A DNA stretch of 63,537 nt, filler included. It is 11 parts of 11 records of this genome, joined end to end, with 100 filler letters (N's around TTAATTAATTAA, not from the genome) between each part and the next. Parts side by side here need not be neighbours in the genome. Positions count along the whole stretch, not along the records: positions 54,634 to 60,104 come from SRR15195285_3634; positions 60,205 to 63,537 come from SRR15195285_3637; 9 more parts are not named here. One strand, 5' to 3'. A program made the translations under genes and the position numbers. How positions within the stretch are numbered: position 1 is the stretch's first letter; every line of letters begins with the position of its first letter. Below the pieces are notes generated by a model that worked only from the letters and a program-made list of their open reading frames with translations, ran no database searches and was not told the DNA's origin. Below are positions 54,634 to 63,537 of this stretch, one piece after another.

Positions 54634-56837
54634 TGCAGCTCATTGGAGGTGCTGTTGCTACAACATGTAAGTCCAGAGATGAACATCTTCTCTTCTCACA
54701 GTGTCAAATGCACTCACAGTTGTGCCGAACGAATGTCACACATGCAGTTGCTGGTGGTGGTTGGCTGAATGTGTGTTGCAGATGTGGCGGTCTCTGCCGT
54801 GGATCCACGTCTAAACCAGCCGACCCTTCAGTCCTTGCTTAGTTCTGCAAGCGTCGCAGCTTCAGCGTACGAATCCTCTGCGCAACGATGGGCTGGATAC
54901 TTGCAGCGAGTGCTGATCACACCAGGAAACCAGAATATGGATATGCAGTGGCTGGCAGTCAAGGCGCTGCAAACGTTGCTCAACAATTGGCGGACGGTGC
55001 CAGGTGTTGGTGAAGGGGTGCTTCCATCGTACAACAACTACGACAGCGGCATGTGGTCGTGGGACACGTAACGACTCCGACGAAATGGTCTGACTGTATG
55101 GTGTCCTTCAATTGGAATTTGCACTATCTTGACTGCTGTTGCTCAACACACGATTTCTCGTGGAAAACAGGTACAAGCAGGCGGTGGGGATGAGTTGGTA
55201 TGCCAAGCATTTGTGTGTCGTATTGCATTCAAGGTTGAGCCCGTGAGTGCCGCTAATGCGCATTACCTGTGATTGCTGCCACCACTTGCAGGTTTGCGCC
55301 AGAGCTATCGAAAAACCAGCTGCGGCTGCTGGTGGCGGGTCGTGACTACCAAATAGATAAACTGACCAACCTCAGCCTACCCCATCTGTAAGTTCACTGC
55401 ATTTGAAAACTCACGCAGTCACTGACTCCAAGGGAATATGATCTCGTAGACCGGACAAAGTAGATCGCTGTGGAAAGGGCGGCGGGTGCGCAGGCAAACC
55501 GCCACTGCTCTCGTGGTCGGTCTGGGAAGTTTACAATCAGACTGCAGACAAAAGGTTTCTGCAGGAGATGTATCCAATCATCGATGGCTTCCATCGCTTC
55601 TGGTGCTCCCTCCACCCCGACACCGATCCTCCATTCTGTTGGTATCCTTGCCATGTTTCGGTGGTCCGTCCTGCATAAACTGATGGAGTCTTGTCAATTT
55701 ATGTGGACCACACAGGTATCATCATCGTGACACGCTTGGCGTGGGGTTGTGTTCTTGGACGGGTGGCATGGAGAGTGGCATGGATGACGGTATTCGGTTC
55801 AGCCTGGCTGGTCATGCCTCGAACGCTACAAGCGGCGTTAGCTCTTTGTGAGTACACTGGTGTATCCCTCGACCATTTGGTTCTGTCTCTGGAGCGTATT
55901 CTGACAGGTGGTTTCTGTCTGCCACCACGCAATCCATGACAACTTAATTGAATCTTCACCCAACGCAGCAACTTCCATTCGATTGATCTGAACGCGTACC
56001 TGTACAAGGAAAAACGCACACTGGCTCGGATGGCGATAGAGCTCGGGAACAGTTCTGGAGCAGCACACTGGACCTCTGAGGCAGATCAACTCCTACCGCG
56101 GCTGCAGGCCTACTTCTGGAAGCCCGATCCGACCGGCCCTGGCGGGTTCTTCCAAGACCGCTTCTTCAACGGTAGCTTCGTCCCCGTTCAGGGATGCGAA
56201 GGATATGCGTGCGTTAGCACATACGTGTATCGCCCTTGTACCTCTAATCCGCTGATATGTTGAATCATGGCTGATGGCTGTTGCTACCGGTGGCACATGC
56301 TTCATGGCGAACAGCGCGCTGTTCTGCGACGTGGCCAACCTTAGCCAGGCTGCAGGCGTGGCCCTCACGCTCAGCGATCCATCCCGGTTTCTGCTCAACT
56401 TTTCGCTCCCAACTGCCTCTGCCGCAAATCCACTGTTCAACGCTGCAGGCTACTGGAAGGGTTCAACTTGGATTGATCAGGTCGGATACACCCGTGCTCG
56501 TTTGCTTACATTTGCTGCTCCCTGACGTGTGTGTGCTGGCTGTGCTGTACACCTGCTGCAGGTTTGGTTCGCTTACACAGGACTGAAGTCGTACGGGGCA
56601 CGGGGGGTGAGGCCTGCACCTGGCGGAGTCGACCTTGCCGCGCTCGCGCGAAACATTAAGCACCGGACACTCAGCAAAGGGCAGGGCTTCGGTCTGAACG
56701 ACACGACGCCACTCAACGAGCACTACAATCCGTATACTGGGCAGCCGCTTGGAGCGCAACACTTCTCATGGACCGCTGCACACTCGCTCTTGTGGGCACG
56801 GGAGGAATTTTTGTCCTCTCTAGATCAGACCAGGTAG
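54634..56837 (+). CDS. GH63-like (YgjK/mannosylglycerate hydrolase type) glycosidase, 5'-truncated, many introns
   Basis: Spliced motifs TLLNNWR, WSWDT-YKQAVG, KPPL, ESGMDD, IDLNAYLY, YWKGSTWIDQ-VWF, EHYNPYTG..LGAQHFSWTAA. Includes a 27-nt exon at 55171-55197. Confidence 0.85.
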
Positions 56838-57034
56838 GCGCAGATGAGACCGGATAGGTTGTAGGCTGGGTTAGGAGTACAGCTGTACAATCGGAGTGCT
56901 CGCGCCACCCTAACAGCAAATCTATATGTATCCGTTAATGCGAAATAGATGCTAATGGATTTGCATGAGAGGGGTGTAAAGTGTGTCTTTCTGTCTCTCT
57001 GAAATTGTGGCAACAATGCATTTGTTCCGGTGTG

Positions 57035-59840
57035 TTATTCCTTCGGAGGACGTGGAACACCCTGCTGTGCGCATGTGGCACCGCTGCAAAGTACGTGCGC
57101 GCTGGTGCTACGTAGTCTTAGCTGAACCTTTACAACCCTTTTGGACGGCGGCGGCTGCACAAACCAAACGCCCACTAACTCACCCTCGGTACCGATGATA
57201 ACTACGTTCAAAGTCGGCATATCACACGTCGTAGTTACGTTCGCAAACCGTTGTGTGCTTACTGAGACCAGCTTCTCCATCTCGCCTAGTAGAGTCCAGC
57301 CCTCCCCACGGCACGTCGTGGGAGCCGTGCGCCAATATGTGTACAGACCCCAGTCTGCATGGCGCGTTGCTGGCGGTTGCAGAACTAGGGACAACGGTTG
57401 TGACGGCGAGAACCGATATAGCTCTTTCCCGTCCATGCTGACGTCAAACGGCTCAAGATTTCTTCTTGCCCATGCAATACCAGTCGAAAATCTATCATCT
57501 GAATCGCTACCGCTGTCGGAACCCGAAGGCACACCTAGTTCCTTCGCAGTGAGTGTGATCTGCTCCTTCATGCCGAACGACAGGCAGTACATCCACCAGC
57601 CGGCGCCAGCTAGCGTCGTGTGGGTCAGCTGCACCTCTCCCTTCCCACGCAGTCGCCGAAGGAACATTACCCCTGGTGGGAACGCAGGCCGGTCAGGCTT
57701 CAGCAGCACGCCGTCTGCACGGCATGTGCTGAGGATGAGCGTCGAATTCGAAGAGCCGACGACGTCTGACGGCGCGATAGGTCCAGCAGAGAGCGCCGAA
57801 ACCAAGGCTTGCAGCTCTGGATGCTTCTCTTGAGCTCCGTAGTATGGGGGTTGAACGAAACCTGTGGAAGTTCCGTGCATGGGAATCATCGTGCACGTAG
57901 AGGTCGACCAGTCCTGATGTGTGCTCAAAAAAGTGTCCTTGTCTGTTGATCGACCACAGCAACCACAGTGTGCGTGTCAACTTCAGAATGAATATTGAAA
58001 TGGCATGGCGAAGCTTCACGGCCTGAGATTGGGCGGAGCATTACAAGGGTAAAGCCCTACAGCCCAGTTAATCATATTGCTCATTCCAATCTCGGCGTTG
58101 CTCACTCTGCCAGCGAACACGTTGGCGTTGGGTTTTTGGCAGACGTCTTCTGGGCGTGTGATCCCAGTCAAATAATCATTGCCTGCCCGTGTGTGCGTTG
58201 CAGCTGCAACCTCAACACTCTGCACCAACATAGCACGCTTCCACAATTAATTTTCACCGAATGTTGTCCTCGTAACTGCATCCAGAAAGAGGAGATCCGT
58301 ATTGGTGCCGCACCTGCATCCAGAAAGAGGAGATTGAGCCACACAGCATTTTGCTGACGTTATGCTTTGCGGCCGCAATCGCCTGAGGTCGCAGCCAGTT
58401 CTCCATCACTGACACGTTGCGCTGGGCAGCCTCGAGCTGAACAATTTCACCACCACCATGGTCTTGCTTGAAAACAGCCAAACCACCATGCGCCGACATG
58501 TCCTCGAAGATCTGATCCCAAAAGTCAAACGTCTGTGGTGCAGAGCAGTCATCTTCCACGATCCATCCCATTGGATCAGCGACACTGTACGGCGGAGGGC
58601 CGTAAGGGTTTGGTGTCGCTTTCTTGCCAGATACTTTCCGCCCCGCCCACTCGGAGATATGCATCATGAATGGAAGCCCCATCTGCTCTGCAAAGGCGCG
58701 CCAGCCACCGGGGAAATTATCACTGCAATTTCGGGCTGGTGAAATTTCCTTGGAGTCCCATTGCCACGTAGCGCCACCAAATCCTTCGAAACATATGCCC
58801 TCGTTTCGTGGGCCAGGAACTGCGTTCTCATGGTACCACCATGAGTCGATTAGCATCCATTTATAGGGAATTTGGCGCGCCTCAGCGTCAGCCTTGACTG
58901 CGAGCAAAGTCTGTGCGTAAGTCTCGTTTTTGCGGTGCGCATAAAAGTACGCTCCCGTCGTAGAATACCCAAGATACTGCAGTGAAACAGAGGAGCTCGG
59001 CGAGGGACGAGGTTTGTTATACATGGCCAGCAGCTGAGTGCCCCAGGACATGAATGTCTCCGGCACGCCCTGGCCCGCATGCATGATGAACGAGGTCGTG
59101 TGGCCTGGTGGAAGGGAGGCGGCGGCTCCTTGCACCCCACATCGAAGCAGCCGCGACTGCGTGGAGCTGATGACTGATGACAGAAAGGACGATGCTGGCG
59201 AGACGACCAGCGTGTATCCAGACTCGTTAAAGTATCCAACAGCTGCCCCGCGTTCGACTGCAACCGCTGAAGAACCAAGACCTGACCCAAACGCCGCGTT
59301 GCCGTCACCGAGAAACGTGACGAAATCAACCGCTTGCCCATCACGTAGGGCAACTGCTGGCCAGCCGCTGCCAGCTGTGCCCCAGTTGGGCTCCTTCCGC
59401 ATTGTAAGATCGATTGCATTTCCGTAGCCAAACTCGGCCACGCCATGAGGGAACTCTTGCGTCCAGAGTATAGACGGGTGCTCGTTAAACACCCTCGCAG
59501 TGGTCTCCATTACCACTGGATCGTGGCCGCCAGTTGTCCAGCTCCACCGGTACTCGCTGAACGCACCCATCCGGCTGTCAGTGCCTGTAGCGCTGCCACT
59601 GAAATTCGTCAGGTTCAGCTCATGCGAAGCGGAGTTGGCCTGCAGGAAGGTCGCCGCATTACTGAGCCACGCCGCGCCGCCGACAGTCACCGTGAACTTG
59701 CGGCCGTCACTGCTCACATCAAGCCCCACGTCCCGGTGGCCAACAGCTTTATGTGCGAGGAGCGAGGCGGCGGCTCCCGCAAGACACACAATGATAATTC
59801 CGAGCTGAGCCGGACCCTGAGCTGCTAGTGGTAAGCGCAT
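57035..59840 (-). CDS. Secreted putative glycoside hydrolase (clan GH-D-like DSWWY family), 2 introns
   Basis: Signal peptide; LGYST.GAY, IPYKWMLIDSWWY, FKQD, RAGNDY, spliced P-Y-KDTF, LSAGP.APSD, CRADGVLLKP, GWTLLGE..K.VSVS.QRF. Confidence 0.75.
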
Positions 59841-60586
59841 ATACGTATTTCTTCAGTCGGCGGGTGTCGGTCGACACGCCGACGTGCGCGCCACGACCGC
59901 CGCCGCCGCCGCGCGCGCCTTACTGTACCGGCGCCGGGCGCCGGCGTCGTGGACCGCTGTCGATGCATATATATAGTACGCACGGGCCACGCACTCAAGA
60001 CTCATCTCGCGACACTCGATCTCGAGCGCGCCTCTGCTACTAAATAGTATGGTACATTGAACATTCTCGTATATAGTCTAATCAGTCCAACTCAGAATCA
60101 GCGGNNNNNNNNNNNNNNNNNNNNNNNNNNNNNNNNNNNNNNNNNNNNTTAATTAATTAANNNNNNNNNNNNNNNNNNNNNNNNNNNNNNNNNNNNNNNN
60201 NNNNCGGCCCCGCGGCCGCGCGGGCCGCCCGACGCGGCGGCCACACCCGCTCAGTATACATACCGGTACCTTCGGGAATCCGCAGTAAGCCCTTGACACA
60301 CACTAAAATTATGCATGTACGGTCGCAGTAGCCCCACATGGTTGTTTGAGCGCCTTTAACTCGAGTGGCGCACGATCACAGGGCATGTAGCCCACGGTAT
60401 GATCATACCGAATTTGAATTCGCAACGCTCAGAAGGCAAACGGGATGCCTTCCCACGCAGTAGATGTACTGGTATGCATTACGCAGCGTACATGCCTCGC
60501 GGGCTGTGCAGTCGCTTCCAGGCGCATGCACACAGTTGGCAGCGCTTTCTGCTTACACTGAGACGATCTCTAGAGCACCGAAACGA

Positions 60587-63537
60587 CTACATGTAGCCAA
60601 ACCGCAGCGTGAATCGCGACTTCATATTCGCATCGGTCTCATTAAAGGGGTACCACAGCACATAGTTGGTGTTCCTGCGAACGGTTGTGGTTGAGGGTGT
60701 GCGGGATACGTTGTGGGAGCGAGACACGATGAGCTCACCAGATGTTGTTGTAGATGTTGTAGCTGACGCCGTGCGACATATCAGGTGCAACGTTACGTGG
60801 CGTCGGGAAAGGCGTCGGCTTGCCTGCCGCAATGCACGGCACATCAAGCGATGATAGGTACATCGGATCCTTTTTGCTCTCTGCATCCCTGCATTCACAA
60901 ACCCACACAAATTGTCGCCGAACAAGTCATAAGACGTAAAATGCTATTCTAACTATCTAAAGGTGGTCGCTGGCCAGTTTGTACTTAATTCAACCAATCA
61001 GCTGTGCCCAATCTGCTGACAAATGCTACGAGGCCTCTGAACGAACAATTCGAACGCACCAGCGGACAGCTGAGATACAACGAGTATGCGGTGCGCCACC
61101 CGAGCCACCAGGGCTTGGAAGAACATCTTGTGGGTCTAATAGAATGTCAGATTGGTTGAACATTTCGAACCGATAGCCGGCAGTGCTGGAGACCGCTGGA
61201 TTGAACTGAACAAACAGCGCCTCTGGCAGCCTTGTGGGGGTCTTGTTGAATGCCAAGAATTCAAACTCGAGCAAAAGCGCCCCAGTTGTTGCGGTAAGCT
61301 CTATCTTGGTCCATACGGTTGATGGAGCACCTGCATGTGTGTGTGCTTCCGGCGGCAAAGCACCCTGAATGAGGAAGCGACACTCGGACTTTTCGGCACC
61401 CGCGTCCTGCCACAGGGCAAAGACCTCGGGAGAGATCTCCCGGTGCTTCGCCCCGCCCAGCGCCATCTGTGGCTTGTTGAAGTTGCCACAAATGGGCGAT
61501 GTATTATTTGGTCTGCATGCTGGCCGCGCAAATCCGCTGACACCAGAAATGTCCCCCGATCCGGATAAGAATTCCTGATAATCGTCGTCGTTGAAGCTCT
61601 GGTAGATGTACTTTCCAAGCGTGTGCGTGCTGTTGGCCCAAGTATGCTTGCCACCATTCTCCAGCATTGATACTGCGCCGGACGAGTCAAATTGTATGGC
61701 AGCCGTGCCGCAGCGCAGAGTGCTGTGTGGCTCTGCCTGTGTAAATCCTGTAGTAGACGGAATTTGCACATCTGATAAGGTTGCAAACGCCAGTTGAATC
61801 CTTTCAGCAAAGGCTGGCAGCTCCTCGCGGACAGCATCTACCGCGTTTGTGATGAAGTGTCGTTGTTCGTGCCAGCTCTGAACCTGAGTGAAGTAGTCGG
61901 CATGATCGCGGTTGTCTGCAACTGGCTCTGTCACAGACTTGAGTGCCTTTTGGAAGTCAACGTTGCTCCAATTGGTGTAATCTGGGATGAACCTGCGCAT
62001 ACGCGTGGGCATGATCATTGTTGCATAATGGAAAGTCATGCTTCCAAGTGTCATTAATCAAGGGACCGACGCTTCAGAAAACGGAGCAGCGCACCATGAC
62101 TGCGCAAGCCCCCATCTACAAGAGCAAAATGTGGTGAAAAATCAACGGCAACTCCACCAGTCGACACAAGGGTGCAACGTTACTACAAACGGATTGTATG
62201 ATCTAGATTAGTCGATGCCTATTACGTAATCGACTAATCTGCAGTGAGCTTACGTATGTTCAGGTACCTTGACAAGCAGTCGATCAAAGGTCTTCATCGC
62301 AATGGAACTACGATTGCACTCGCCAGAGCCAATGCACTCGTCGCGAAGGCGCCCCACAGCACGAAACTGTGCGCACTTGAGCGGGTCGGACGGTACCTGC
62401 TCCGCCATATGAGAAGCTTGATCAGCAAGCGCAACAGCGCACAAAACAGTTGATGCTAGTAAGTGGTCAGGGCAAGTATTCATTGGGGTAGGTACCCCAT
62501 AAATCCAAGCATCGCCGACTTCTGCTGTGACCACCGGCAGATGCATCTTGTTCTTTGGTTTGTTTGCCTCGGTAAAGAACGCATCAAAGGTCGACAAGTG
62601 GACCTTTGCGTCGGGATATTTAGCCCGCAGTGTTGCGAGGGCTGTGGTCGGATCGCGTGGTCCGGTGTTGTCGCCCTAGAATTGCGGCAGTGCTTCAGTC
62701 TGGACGGAAGCAAAGCGATCGGTCTAAATGGACAAACAGAAAATGAGGCTCGAGTGGTTTGACACATCCACCATGAACCAGCAGCACCAAGGCAGAGCTG
62801 ACGCAAAGATTGCTGATTGACGCTTACGGTCCAGTCGACCGCAAGTGCCACACCGTTTGAAAGCACGAACTCCGTTCCGATGCCACCGTATCCCGACTCC
62901 GAAGTCACCACAGCTTCTGCACCACTAGCAATATCACGCCAAACAAACATCGGTGGTACTCCATACGGACGGCCTGGTGGACCGCCCGAACCAAAGGACA
63001 TGCCAATGATACCACGTGCAGCAAGCAGTGGCAAGGCAGCGCGTGACCAGAAAGGCACGTCCCTCGTAGATACTGATATAGGGCGCTCCACGCCAAGTTG
63101 TTCTGCGAGCTCGTCCGAAAGCTCCATCGATGCGTTGAAGAGGCCAACGTTCGGGAAGAACTCTGCCTCTTGATCAGTGGCAGCAGCATGCCAAGTAATG
63201 TCGCCCAAAGTGACGGCACGCTTAAAACGATCGACCGCAGTCTCATTTGGACAATGGAGCAAGTTGCGGCCAGAGTTGTCCCATGCATTGTAGTGGGCAC
63301 TCTCGCAGTTCAAGAACAGCGAGATGATCCAACTCTGCGTCATCCAGATGTATTTGTCTGTCCCACCTAATGCCCGGAACTTGTCGCCTAGAGATGCAGC
63401 TAGGGGAAAGTACGCGTCAAAATAGCGATTGATGACATGATAAGCATGTGGCTGTCCTGGGCCATGCATGGTTATGGCACAACCAAGGGGCCACATGAAG
63501 TCCATGGCAGTGGATACATTGTTGCACCCCCCAATCT
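60587..63537 (-). CDS. DUF5054-like (GH38-related) protein, 5'-truncated, multi-intron
   Basis: INRYFD.YFP.A, YIWMTQSW, GDITWHA, STRDVP, EVGDAWIYG-VPSDPLK, KVPEHT, SWHEQR, KTPTRLPEA, spliced YNNIW-NTNY.LWYP. Confidence 0.8.

Noticed and set aside
4901..62495. Introner-like repeated introns
   Set aside because: Several introns share lengths of 73-74 nt, but I saw no sequence similarity between them beyond splice signals.
46403..63537. Apparent polysaccharide-utilisation gene cluster
   Set aside because: It spans three contigs joined by spacers. Only within-contig pairs are truly adjacent.

Overview
This window is not contiguous DNA. It is 11 short eukaryotic contigs joined by an artificial 100-nt spacer (N44-TTAATTAATTAA-N44), so neighbours across spacers are not linked. 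The DNA is GC-rich and compact, with many short spliceosomal introns (mostly 65-180 nt, GT-AG, CTRAY-type branch points). It looks like a heterotrophic protist SAG or MAG; Picozoa is a guess from protein style only. Manual splicing gives about 24 genes or gene fragments. These include a MORN-repeat protein, MMAA/MeaB, a GH2-like/pectin acetylesterase fusion, a clan GH-A pseudogene, a Myb/Tudor-like nuclear protein with an 8-nt micro-exon, and EF-hand, C2, SAM, ankyrin and OTU proteins. Enzymes include a PhyH dioxygenase, a cupin, a GxSxG esterase, a beta-helix CAZyme, a DOMON/copper monooxygenase-like protein, GH63, a clan GH-D-like protein and a DUF5054-like protein. I saw no rRNA, tRNA, CRISPR array or autonomous transposon. 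The best leads are: a His-less PTS2-like N-terminal nonapeptide on three enzymes; a recurrent TACNGTA palindrome plus a ~100-bp dispersed element in promoter regions; the GH2-CE13 fusion with an unrecognised Cys-rich module; nested PAN-like domains; and a copper monooxygenase split by a DOMON domain. All family calls rest on motif recognition, not on database searches.
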